Positions 23,664 to 35,620 of a DNA stretch of 64,000 nucleotides are shown piece after piece; positions within the stretch are counted from its first letter, which is position 1, and every line of letters starts with the position of its first letter. The notes beneath the pieces are model-generated. The model worked only from the letters and a program-made list of their open reading frames with translations, searched no databases and was not told the DNA's origin. The DNA comes from Nemertoderma westbladi. Taxonomy: Eukaryota > Animalia > Xenacoelomorpha. The position numbers and the translations under genes are program-made. The DNA lies in assembly GCA_032718475.1 (NCBI GenBank), contig JAUCBJ010000630.1, positions 1 through 64,000 of the forward strand, given 5' to 3'.

Positions 23664-23857
23664 CCAACTCACCTCTCTGTAGGAACCACTACCTACCTTA
23701 CCAACTCACCTCTCTGTAGGAACCACTACCTACCTTACCAACTCACCTCTCTATAGGAACCACTACCGACCTTACCAACTCACCTCTCTATAGGAACCAC
23801 TACCGACCTTACCAACTCACCTCTCTATAGGAACCACTACCGACCTTACCAACTCAC
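23664..23857 (-). repeat. 37-bp minisatellite (~5 copies) carrying GAG|GTGAGT donor consensus on the minus strand
   Basis: Plus-strand unit CCAACTCACCTCTCT(G/A)TAGGAACCACTACC(T/G)ACCTTA. Confidence 0.9.
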
Positions 23858-24359
23858 ATCTCGTGGGGGACCTGAGAGAGTGTACATCTCGTGGGAGACC
23901 TGAGAGAGTGTACATCTCGTGGGAGACCTGAGAGAGTGTAGATCTCGTGGGAGACCTGAGAGTCTACATCACGTGGGAGACCTGAGAGAGTGTGCATCTC
24001 GTGGGAGACCTGAGAGAGTTTACATCTCGTGGGATAGCTGAGAGAGTGTACATCTCGTGGGAGACCTGAGAGAGTTTACATCTCGTGGAGACCTGAAAGA
24101 GTGTACATCTCGTGGGAGACCTGAGAGAGTTTACATCTCGGGAGAACTGAGAGAGTTTACATATCGTGGGAGACCTGAGAGAGTTTACATCTCGGGAGAC
24201 CTGAGAGAGTTTACATCTCGTGGGAGACCTGGGAGGGTTTACATCTCGTGGAAGACCTGAGAGAGTTTACATCTCGGGAGACCTGAGAGAGTGTACATCT
24301 CGTGGGAGACCTGAGAGAGTGTACATCTCGTGGGAGACCTGAGAGAGTGTACATCACGT

Positions 24360-26271
24360 GATTGATTGATTGATTGTTCACTTCTCTATACAGTTCAATA
24401 TTTTGCACAATAATTAACAGTATACATGATTGAAACGGTAGTGCCGACCAAAATATAAAGAGATTTACCAGAAAAAATTAAATATTTAAATTCCAAACAA
24501 AAATAGCACAATAAATCTACCTACTTTCGAGAACATCTCTAATTAGCTGTCAAGTCGTGCGATGTTGGGTCTAATATAATTAAATGAATAAATATGTTAT
24601 ATCTAAATAATTGTCAAGCCGTGTGATACTGGGTCTAGTCTATTGTAATAAAAAGTTATAGTTAAAATAAATAAATAATATAAGTAAATAAATAAAGAAT
24701 AGTGCTTTCGTCAGAATTTCTCATGTTCCCCTTAATTAAATAATTATGGTAAGTAGGTTCATAAAATATATAAATGAAAATTACATTATACTAAATATTC
24801 GAATCGCGCTCCATCCAATAAATAATTCGCTATTTGTGGATAGTTCTTTTTACAGAACACAAGCGAACACACTCCTAAAACTGCCGAACACAATCGAAAA
24901 GAGTCAAAAATAGAGAGAGCACAAAAAAATAACACCGGGCACCAAGTTTTAGATAAAATAAGCCACGCGTTGCTTTTCTATTAGAAAATTTGCGAAATTA
25001 TTGAATAAAATGTTACTATGTTAAATATGTTAAAACTACTATGTTAAATTATTAGTTGTCGGGTTAGGCTGGCCTGATCTACTGTAATAGGAAATTAATA
25101 TTTAATTTGGCGACAATTTTATTCAATAATTTCGGGAATTTTCTTGTAGAAAAGCAACGCGTGGCTAATTTTATCTAAAAGTTGGTACCCGGTGTTATTT
25201 TTTGTGCTCTTTCCATTTTCGACTGTGTTCGATTGTGTTCGGATTTTTTTGAGTGTTTTCGGGTGTGTTCTACTGTATTCGCTTGTGTTCTGTAAAAATA
25301 TCTATCCGCTATTTGTTACTTAGTCACTTATTAATAATCGTAGGTCATACTTTCGATCATTTTAGCTACTTCCACTTGATTACCTAAACCAAATAAACTT
25401 GTTAAATCAGACCAGCTTCCGTGACATGTCTCCTGGATCGCTCAGTAAATGGGCAAACCGTGACAATGTTGTTCCGTCTGGATAGCTCCACATACACAGA
25501 AGCGCTCAGTATCACGTATCCTGGCCCACCTCATTCGTTCTACGGGGAAGCTGTGGCTACCCAGCCCAAATCTCGACCACGCTAGACGGTACCGCTCCGG
25601 AACTTTGCAGCCTTTGTACAATTGCGGCGAAGTTAACAACGGATTCACTAACTTATACAGATGATGTTTTGTTGTTACAGACTTAAGACACGTCATTTTT
25701 CCGCTTATCGTTCTGGATTTTACTGTAATCCGACGGGAGGTTCTTTACTCGATCCACCTCGATAAACGTCGGTGAGCTGTTATCCCGGCCGATTTCCAAG
25801 GCCATCTGCAATGGAGAGTCGCCGACTGGAATAAAACTATTCAGATATTTCCGCTGTTTATCTCGAATTAATGTTTCGAACTCTGGGAATCCCAATTCGA
25901 TAAGGCAGATGTCACCGCACGTGGTAGGTCGAACACCCAATAGTAGCCTTACCATAGACATACACATACAATTTAGTCATAGGGGCCAATGAACCCCCGT
26001 ACCAGGTTTCACAACCGTAAGTTAGTTATAGCAGAGATCACTGCGGCGTCAAAAACTTTCCTTTTCACAACGAAAGGTAAGTCTGGGTTCATATTTAGAA
26101 ATGTCGAAAATTTTAATAGGTGACACTGCTTCTCAGAGGCGTTGAGTGAAATTACTGAAGATATTAAACCATCTGAAGTTATTGGTGAGCCCAGGTAAAT
26201 GTACGAATCTGTATTTACTTAATTATTTTAAGTACTTAATTAATTATTAACTTATTTATTTAATTTGTATT
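24360..26271 (-). mobile_element. 5'-truncated non-LTR retrotransposon (3' end of ORF2 plus 3' UTR)
   Basis: Minus-strand YLGSPITSDG, YGCETW, LLGVR, SRFGLGSH, CVCGAIQTEQH motifs; (TCAA)n tail at 24360-24376. Confidence 0.8.
24838..25307. mobile_element. Mutator/MULE-type MITE nested in the LINE 3' UTR
   Basis: Long TIRs beginning GGATAG..TTTTTACAGAACACAAGCGAA; exact 9-bp TSD GCTATTTGT (24829-24837, 25308-25316). Confidence 0.88.
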
Positions 26272-26322
26272 GTGAGAGACCTGAGAGAGTTTACATCTCG
26301 TGGGAGACCTGAGAGAGTTTAC

Positions 26323-26436
26323 ATCTCGTGGGAGACCTGAGAGAGTTTAAATCATGACCTACTATAGATACGACCCGCCAAGCTGCTGCAAAGCCCCTAA
26401 ATTTACTGGGCCAGTTATTTCTCTTTGATAGAAACC
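26323..26436 (-). CDS. Putative 114-nt exon of an unidentified minus-strand gene, whose 3' end seeds the 28-bp array
   Basis: CTAAC branch-like motif and TTTTAG acceptor; one open frame FLSKRNNWPSKFRGFAAAWRVVSIVGHDLNSLRSPTR; GT follows each repeat copy; no homology recognised. Confidence 0.3.
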
Positions 26437-28172
26437 CTAAAACTATATGTTAGGCGCGTCGAAAGTACTTGTCTCTAACTAAAATCATGTCCTCTTTCAG
26501 ATGAGAAAATTAAAATTTAATAGCTCCAGTAGTTTTCGAGATATGAGGAGTTCCTGGCACCCATACCATATCAGCACCTTTTGGAATTGATAAAATTACA
26601 CAAAATACATCACCCTTCAAAGACTTGGGTATAACCATGAAACCATACCATTTTGTTGAACTCATTATTAGTAATCGAAAGCAAGATTAGAAGCAAACTT
26701 TTCATTTTTTTATCAATAGATAGTAAAAGAGCACCAAAAGTGGCAAGTAGCACTTTTTTCAAAAGTGGTAAATTGGCCATACAGTTTGGCTACTGAGGTT
26801 TTAGATTTCTGATTTCATTGGGAAGGTTTATTCCTCTACCGACATCAAACATATCGAAAAGTTGTGTAATATAACAACATAGGCATGTTGTTATATTAGT
26901 TATTAGTCAGTTATTTGTGCCCCTGGAGCACGAAAAAAACAAGTAGTGAAAATACGATAATGAAAAATCACCACGAAAACAAATTGATTTTATGACCATG
27001 TGGTTTTTTTGGGATGCTAATCACGAATATGACACTGAAAAATATCCTACCTTGTTGATTACGGTTTTTTGGATACGTGTCAATGTGCGGCACGAAAAAT
27101 AAAAGTGTAGCACAAATTTGATAATCAAAAATCATTACCGAATCAACCTAATTTTATGCCATTATGGGTTTTATGGGACGCTGATCACGAATATGACATT
27201 CATAAATATCGTTTTATCCAACCAAATTTAATTTTTGCCGTCTGAAATTTTATGCTACTTGTATTTTTCGTCCCACCAGACAAACACCAAAAACGATAGT
27301 TGCCTTACCACGAATTATTTTTAACGAGTTGTAACGTAATCAGCGGCTTTGAAAACCAGTATAGCTTCCGAATTACAAAACCAAAGGCAAAATTTAACAG
27401 TTTGAAATTTTTGCTATTTGTACTTTTTGTTCTGGGGCGCACCCGAATGGCACCAAAATTGGGTTTGCACATACCAGAAATATTTATAACTAGTTTCATC
27501 GTGATCAGCGACCTCGAAAACCCATATACTGTACGTTCAGAATTACAGTACCGGTAAATTATCTCAGCATAACTATTATGTATCAATAACCATTGTCTAT
27601 TAAATCCAAGACAAAGAGAAGCGAACACTGTTAAGGTGGCCACGCGTTACTTGAGATCCTCCGAAAGGGCCGATATGTCTTCGGGGGATTCAGATAGGAG
27701 TCCCGCTGGTTTAGGCAGGAGAATAACACTAGCGTTATGGTTCTTAAAGAATAACCGGCCCCCCAACCCCAAGTCCAGCAGTAGCTTCATCTCTACATCA
27801 GATAAAGAACTAATTTTACTCTCCTTCATGAATTTCGATGGACGATGGACGGTATATTCTTTTTACTGGCGGTCTCCGAGGAATTTGAGGCATTTAGCAC
27901 TCTGAAGTCGGAACAGATTCCGGGTTTACTGAATATATCGCCCGTCCAAATGTACAAATGTCAGAATGTTTGTGTAAGCGGAAGGCCCTGGTGTCATCTG
28001 TTCTGTAGAAAAGCCTTGACTAAAAACTACATTTAAAAACTACATGTCTATAAACAACTAAACCCAAACGTTAAACTGACGTTTAATTTTAATATAGATT
28101 TTTAACGTTATTTTGAAACGTCTGATATTGGTTAAATTCAGTGTCATGCAACTACCACTCAACTTGCACCTT

Positions 28173-28362
28173 AGGGTCTTACTTTTGTACAGTATCTCTG
28201 GGGGGGGGGGGGGGGGTCTTACTTTTTTTTACCTGGGGTCTTACTTTTGTACCAAGGGGGGTCTTACTTTTGTATCTGGAGGAGGTCTTACTTTTATACC
28301 TAGGGGTCTTACTTTTGTACCAAGGGGTCTTACTTTTGTACCAGGGGGGTCTTACTTTTGTA
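28173..28362. repeat. ~20-bp minisatellite GGGGTCTTACTTTTGTACC(A), ~8 copies
   Basis: Seen directly. Confidence 0.85.
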
Positions 28363-28399
28363 AGACCAATATCAATGTACCAGATCGATGTACCTAATG

Positions 28400-28790
28400 T
28401 CCACCACATTTGTGTCTACTGTTGATGGTGACACAGATCCATTCGAAGTCTTATGGGGAGTCCTTCAGGGTGACACACTTGCACCATTTTTATTCGAAAT
28501 TGTTGTTGATTATGTTCTACGCATGTCCTTAGACCATCTGAATAAAGATGGGGTGATGGTAACACCCCCTACTGGCACAAGAATTAGAGGAAATTCAGCA
28601 AAGCACCTTACTGATCTCGACTTTGCTGATGACTTAGGGGTACTGTCAGAATCACGAGAGGGAGCCCAACGGCCCCTCTGCTCACTGGAGCAGGTTGCTT
28701 CTAGTGTTTTTTTTTTGTAAATTCCAAGAAGACCAAAACAATGAAAATCAACCTAGACAGCCCTTAAGAAATGTCTGATCGTAAGGGCAT
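28400..28790 (+). mobile_element. RTE-clade-like LINE reverse transcriptase fragment
   Basis: GVLQGDTLAPFLF..VVDYVLR..DLDFADDL. Confidence 0.8.
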
Positions 28791-29048
28791 ACGCTCTAAG
28801 GAAGACGAAGACCTTCACATACGTAAGGGGATATTTGGAACTTCGTCCAATACAGTACAGTCCTATTCGGCCCTTCGTCCTATTCGGATCTTTGTCTCAA
28901 ACTATTCTGACCTTAGTCCTGGAACACTTATGTTGGCCCTCCAAAAAGCTGGTTTAATGCAAATGCAAACTGTCCAGTAGCTACTGTAGTTCAGTTCAAA
29001 ACTGAAGGTGAGGATATCTCGACACACTTTAAAACTAATTTTGCTGGT

Positions 29049-31064
29049 GGCTCATTCCAAAGTAAAGTACGGGACATTCGTACACAATTTTGAACTTTGA
29101 TTGCCTGTACAATGTTATCCACAGCACATATGTGCACAAAATTGTGCTTGGATTAAACTTTCGAATATCAGCTTTGATTTCGCGAAGCTTATGGCGGGAC
29201 TTAGTCACTTTTGAGAAAACGCCAGCTTGTCCAATTAAGGTAAAGTACGGATTCGTACGAAATGGTTTTTTTTATTTTATGATTTCAATTCTAAAATTTA
29301 GCGAATTGTGCGCAGGTACGGTGTTGAGTTGATGTTTAGTATAGAGCTGTATTATTAAGCTTAAATAAAAATATAAATATCAGACGAATTGCTACATTGC
29401 TAATTTTTTACAGTGTGGTGTGTGTGGTAAAGTATGGGACATTGCTAGGTAAAGTACGGGACCTGTACGAATTTTATGGTCAAAATGGTCTCTTACACTT
29501 AACCTAACAGTAATTTCTGGATAATTAGTGATAATAAACTGCAACTAAGTATTTCAAACCAAGATATGGATACAAAATGTGGGGCGGCCCACAAGTTGAC
29601 CCGAAGTCTTAGCATATGGGTGCCCTTAGGAGTTGTATGTCATCTGTCTAATTTTTGATCGCTAATACTGTATAACTCGGTCATTTTTAGATGAAATTAA
29701 ATCAGACCTGGTACGTATGAAGTCTGTCAAAAGTTTGGAAAGAATCTGAAATTTAAGGAATCAAAGGTCACATATCAGACAGTCTGTCTGTTGGTACCGA
29801 TAGTTTCAAAATTTTGATAAAAACCGAAATAAGTCTGCCAATCATTGATGAAATATAACCAAACTTGGTACACATGTAGTCTGTAAAAAGTTTAGAAATT
29901 CTTTCCATTTTTCTGAAAATGTATCAATTACTGTACATACCGATCTTCTTATCTGCTAAAAAAACTAAATTTTTTGAAATTTGTTGTAAAGTACGGCAAC
30001 TTTACATGCATAAACTCAAAGATTAGTTAACTGAGGAATGATTCTTAGTTCAAATACATACTTCTATGCTTCCCCCTACTATCACCCTAAAGCATTTAAC
30101 ACTCCTGCCCTCCAGGTTTCATATATTACATTAATACAGTGCACTAAAATGTAATCTCCATTATAATGGTAAAGTATGGGACAATTTTCAATTGGCCACC
30201 ATGATGTTTCTGAGGGAGTAGATTATTAAACTACAGGTAATTGTTTCTTAAGATGAAGCAACACAAACGTGCTTTGCATTCCACTGGGTGATTGGGCTGA
30301 GTTAAACCACTTCTCTGTGTATAAATTAACAATTTCACTATTTTTTGGTAAAGTATGGGACTTTACATGCATAAACCCAAAGATTTCTTGACAGAGGAAT
30401 GATTCTCAGTTCAAATATAGACTCCTATTCTTACGGCCGACTATGACCTTAGAGTATTATAACACTCATGGCTTCACATATTACATTAATACAGTGCACT
30501 AATATAATCGCCATTTTGATGGTAAAGTATGGGACAATTTTCAATTGGCCGCCATGATATTTCTGAGGGAGTGAAGATGAAACTAATTGTTTTATACGAT
30601 GACGCAACACAAATGTGCTTTGCATTCCACTGGGTGATTAGGCTGAGTTACATCTCTGTGAATAAACGAAAAATTTCACTATTTTAGGTAAAGTATGGGA
30701 CATCACAAGATTAACTTTATCGATTTCATTACAGAGGAATGAAACACTGGTGAAATTAAATAAAACCTAAAAAATTCGAAAATGGGTTTGTTTTTGATTT
30801 GGTACATGCTCAGAAATGTTAATTTATTGGTCATAGGAAGTGCCTACAGGAAACCAAACTTTTGCACACTTTTATTCACATTTTGTGCAGAGCAGGTGCA
30901 TAATTTGTAATTCCACTATTTTTGATAAACCACCTGTGTTGATACAATTTTTAGCACTGAATTCAGGAAGTACGATAAATTTTGACTTAAAATAAGTATA
31001 AATTCAAAGCTACATCTCAATTCTAGAAATTAGTGGGGAGGTTGACCTTTTCATGGAATGAGCC
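29049..31064. mobile_element. Non-autonomous DNA transposon with 4-bp TSD (Sola-like, tentative)
   Basis: TIR GGCTCATTCCA / TGGAATGAGCC; TGGT on both flanks; ~9 dispersed GTAAAGTA(C/T)GG motifs; ~355-bp internal direct repeat (29985-30345, 30347-30700). Confidence 0.7.
29578..29900 (+). mobile_element. 5' fragment of the Helentron/DINE-1-like family nested in the 29049-31064 element
   Basis: Head TGTGGGGCGGCCCACAAGTT..CTTAGC resembles the head at 15662; body matches 1815-1997 in reverse. Confidence 0.55.
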
Positions 31065-31856
31065 TGGTACAGTTACAGCGTACAGTAGGGTTGGTGCCAT
31101 AAAATGTATTCATAAATGTATGAACTGTAATTGGATTCGGGTAGTTTAACCTTAACAATAAGCCTACAGTATATTATTATAATGAGATGGTAGCAGACAG
31201 TGCCAAATAATGGTATAACCGCATATAGGCCTAGAACATACAGTAGGCCTACTTTATCACTGGAAATTATCATATTATATTTCATTATTAGAATCACTAC
31301 TGTATCTTCTATTATATAATATTTTTACAAATAATACAGTAATTGTACTGGAAATTGAAATCACTATACATTATTTTACGGTCTGCTGTAATAATAATAC
31401 TTAAATCTCTTTTCAGTTAGGCCTACTAGATACAGATACTGTAGTTTAATCTTAGTGTTGTTTTGTTTGTTTTGTTTTGTTTCTTTGTTCAATAAACTGA
31501 AGCACCCCACATTTTTTTGTTCTCATTTGTTTCCAAATTTATGAATATTTATGTTGTTTTTTATGGTACTGTTAGCGGGTCAAGTTTAAATCTAAAAACC
31601 TTATGAAATTATCGTGTATTTAAAGTTTCACTAGTAAACAGTAGTATACGCTATATAGGTCCCTATACACTGTACTGTATACAGTGATAAACTGTATAGT
31701 ATAAGTATATAAACTACTGAACACAGTACAGTACTGCACTTGTAGTGTAGGCCAATTATATTATGCACTATAAACTACAGTAATATTAATATAATACTAC
31801 TGTATTCTAAAACTATACTATAATTGGAATATTTTAATATCGACAGTAAAAATAGA

Positions 31857-32362
31857 ATGTCGGGATTGTGTGCCAAAGACATTCAGACTGTGCACAGAGA
31901 CAAAATTGAAAGTAAATCTTCACCAAATTATGGTACACTGATTCCCGTATACTACAACAAGTTGGCCTATCTGACTCCCGATGGACAAATACATGGCGAG
32001 GCGCAATGCGAGACGAACACTATTTATTACCCGGAGAAGAAAACAATAAACTTGAATTTAAATTTGGATTACAATTTTAAAAGGAACCGGGTTTATTCTG
32101 GTAATTCGGACAGATATACGGGTACTGGTACAGACCGTCCCAGAACAGTAGGATTCGAGTCGGCTGTAGATCCTGCGTTTTCCACTACTACAAACCGATC
32201 GAGGCCCAACACTAGAGATTACACGAGAAGTGGGTTAAATTATTCCGATGTTACAGACCTTTTGTCTCTCCGGGGTAGTCAGTTTAGCCCCTACGATTCC
32301 ATAGGCCCAAGAGATGCGACGTTGAGTGTTATTGAAGAGTCGAGGGAACGACGAAAGAGAAG
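31857..32362 (+). CDS. Putative first coding exon of the CNBD gene (168 aa, low-complexity N-terminus)
   Basis: ATG ORF ending at a perfect AG|GTAAGT donor in phase 2, compatible with the phase-2 exon at 55611; linkage is inferred. Confidence 0.55.
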
Positions 32363-32909
32363 GTAAGTTACCACACAGTCCCATACTGCTGTACAGTACT
32401 GTATACAGTAGGCCTATTATTCTGATGGTGGACTTCAGTGGTAATGTAAAGAAAGACATTTTTGTTAGCAAAAATTATATAAATACTACTAGACTGTATG
32501 TATTTAGTATTTACAATATCTACTGCATAATATATTATACCCTAAAATATTTCCAAAAGTTGTATTAATTATCAATCAATATATATGCCTACAGTATATA
32601 TTAACAAATAACGATAATTAATTACGCACCTTTAACAATATTATTATACAGAGATATAATTGAAGAAAGTGCGCTACGTATTAGTTCTTTAACACGTTCC
32701 TTAAGTTCCTTAAGTTACATAATTCCTATAAAGCTATAAAAAGTAATAAAAATTCGGAAAAGTGAAAGTTATAAAAATTCTTAAAAGTAAAGGTCCTATT
32801 ATGATGTTTTCTAGAATATATCCAAACACAAATACACCATGACACGTAATATAGTGTAATACACGTAATATAGTGTAACGTAATATAGTGTAATGTCATA
32901 GTGTCAGGT

Positions 32910-33420
32910 TCGATTTATTTACGGCAGTAGTACTGTAGTACCAGTACTCTTATATTGAGGTCCTTCTGTCCTTGTTGGGCTCTAACTGCAGAGGATACCA
33001 AATCTCTGGATGGCACTTTCACAAGAATGCTACGCCGGGTTCACTTTTATACAACATTGGAGGACTGGAGGTGTTCCTTAGTCCCCCTAGCTTGACAATT
33101 GAAAGGAACCGCATGCGCTTTGGAGGACATTGCTTTCGCCGTGAGGACCAGCCAGTGCATAATCTTGTATACTTTGGCGACCTCATGGTGTGAATAAGCA
33201 TGGTGATGGTAGACAGCCCATGACTTTCTTGAGACGCATCTTAAAGGACACTGGCCTTGAAGATGCGGATGATCTAGCAAATGTCATGGGTGAAAGGGAG
33301 TTGTGGCGGCGCAATTTTATCAACAAGCCGGCACAGCATTCTTAATATGTAATATATATATATAATGTAGCGACAATGCAGCATACCGATTGTAGTAGTC
33401 GTAGTAGTAGTTAGTAGTCA
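32910..33420 (+). mobile_element. RTE-clade-like LINE 3' fragment
   Basis: LDGTFTRMLR, RMRFGGHCFRREDQPV, MGERELWRR in shifting frames; GTA-rich tail. Confidence 0.65.
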
Positions 33421-34382
33421 TTTTATGATGACACGGACCCCCTACCCACCCCCCCCCCCCCCCCCCCAATTTTTCTACAAATCTTTAACATATTGCTTGA
33501 AATTTTAATAAACACAACTAAAGTTCATTTTTTTAGTTTCTTCTCTTCATTTCCGTCTTTTTTAGTATATATCATTTCATTTATGATATATGCCGTGATT
33601 ACTGGTCCTAATAGTACTAAATACTGGTACTGGCCTACCTGCCTACCAGTAGGAGCTGTACTGCTGTTGCTGTACTGTATGCACTGACTGACTTTCCTAT
33701 TGACTGATTGATAGAATGATTGAAACTGACGACGTCGTTCTTATAGAGGGTGGCGTCCTCTGCTTCGCCTACCAACGATCAACGAACACTGCGTGGGGCG
33801 CCTTTTGACGACATAACTGACTGCATGATGCTTTGGCCGGGGTTCTCTACTACTGTACTAGTGATTTAGAGAAATCGCGTACAACGTTATTACTGTATTA
33901 GAGCTTCTGCTTCTTAATTCTGGTTCTGGTGATGGAAACAGACGGGAATTGACTAAGAAGTTTGGGACGAAGCACATGGGGGAAATGAAAAGAAAGCGTC
34001 TTATTGGCGAAATTCTGAATATGTTTGAAACAAAAGAGTTCTCTGACAACGTGTATTCGAAGCACAAGTTTGTTGTGGAAAATTTTTCTAAACTTCCGCC
34101 TTCTCCTCAGCCCAAATGGTTCTTTCGCAACTAGTCAGCGATGTGAGCACCCTCAAAGAAAAAATGGCTTCACTGGAATCGAAGACTAGGATTGGTAATC
34201 CGGTAAGTTCGAACTCCAGTATGCAGTAGGCCTACTGACCCTGTAGAATCCGCGATTCAGGGTACTGGGTACGGGTAGTGAATCTAGGCCTATCTCCAGG
34301 GCGGACCAGACCACAGACAGCAACTCCGATGAGAGACTATAATAACCCACTAGAAAATGATGACGGTAGGGTTTTTAGAGTA

Positions 34383-35620
34383 TGTTCGCGCTTTCAGACC
34401 TTTGGCAGTTTAACCCACCAAATTAAGATGTCTTCTAGATATTAAATCTGTTTTTAGTCTATGACAAGTATTTGATTCACTACACTAGTCGAAACCAATC
34501 TGTGCGCGATCATTCACCCGCTGGATATTCCCGGGAGATTGGGTTCGACGGTTTAATTTTATTGCTATGTAAGCCTAATGTATTATTCGACTGACAGTAC
34601 TATATAATCTCTGACAATGTTATTCACCTTCGGTAATATTAACAGTTCCTTTAGGACGTGGCGCTTTATCTATATAAACAGAGTTATGACTTAAACTACT
34701 CACAACGATATGGCTTAATTATAATTCACATATATGGCGCATTCTTTAGGAATTGCTTCTTTAACAGACTCACTCATACACAATGCTGCACAATACTGCA
34801 CACTAATCTGCCAATCTTCACTGATTTTAGTCACATATAAAAGGAACACAGACTGACTCATGTAGGGTCTATCAAATAACATTAGAATCACTTCAAACCA
34901 CTTTAACATAAGTCACAATCGTTTATCTGTAACCCTTCTCTCTTACCTTCGGTATATCAAGAATATTGGGTTTCGGGGTTATTTATCGTTATTCCAAATA
35001 TAATTATTCATCAACCATATTATGAAGAACTGACGGTAAATATCAGTATAAAATGAATGTAAACACTGATTGTTATGAGTTTGCAATGTTTCAGCAGTCA
35101 GCATGTATGATCAGTCAGCAGTCCGCAGTAGTCGTTAGGTAGTTAAAGGATATATGCCCTTTATAATTAAACCTACTAGTGTAAGACTAAAAAACAGTAA
35201 AGCACAAAATACTTCCAAGCCGTTCTTTCTTTAGCTCAGGACTGAATGTAAACACTGCACATAGGCATTGCGTCATTTCTCGGAAATTTTCTGTACAAGG
35301 AGCCACAAAAACGCTCTAATTGGCTGACTGAACTGAGAGACGCCGTAGAACAAAGGAAATCAACAGGTATGAATGTCAGCTGTTAACCGTAGTCATAGTA
35401 ACTACTGTTCAAGAGTAGCTATCACCCCTTTGCGTCACGAATTGCCATAGAATCATAAAATATGCCTTTCACAGTACACATACGGAGGAAATAGGTCTTA
35501 GATCCTCTAAAAACACCGATACAGCAATAATACGGTCTCTTACACTTATTAAATCAACTACAGAGTATTTTAATGTAAAAGATAATAAAAATAACGGGGC
35601 AATTCAGCAAGGCTTTTACA
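34383..35620 (-). mobile_element. Solo LTR (1238 bp) of a related BEL/Pao subfamily
   Basis: Minus strand TGTAAAAGCC...CGCGAACA, colinear with 2751-3918; exact 5-bp TSD GAGTA (34378-34382, 35621-35625). Confidence 0.92.

Larger units (their letters stand above)
23856..26350 (-). repeat. 28-bp minisatellite (23856-24360, resuming at 26272-26350) split by a LINE insertion
   Basis: Unit ACATCTCGTGGGAGACCTGAGAGAGT(G/T)T on both sides of the 24360-26271 insert. Confidence 0.9.

Noticed and set aside
23664-24360. CRISPR-like appearance of 28- and 37-bp repeats (also 63038-64000)
   Set aside because: Units are head-to-tail with no unique spacers, there are no cas genes, and the context is eukaryotic
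27640-28010. Possible minus-strand exons in GC-richer sequence
   Set aside because: All frames are interrupted over the full stretch and no motif was recognised; left uncalled
28173-28362. 20-bp array as another donor array (minus-strand AA|GTAAGA)
   Set aside because: It adjoins a LINE fragment rather than a plausible exon, so there is no support for a junction origin
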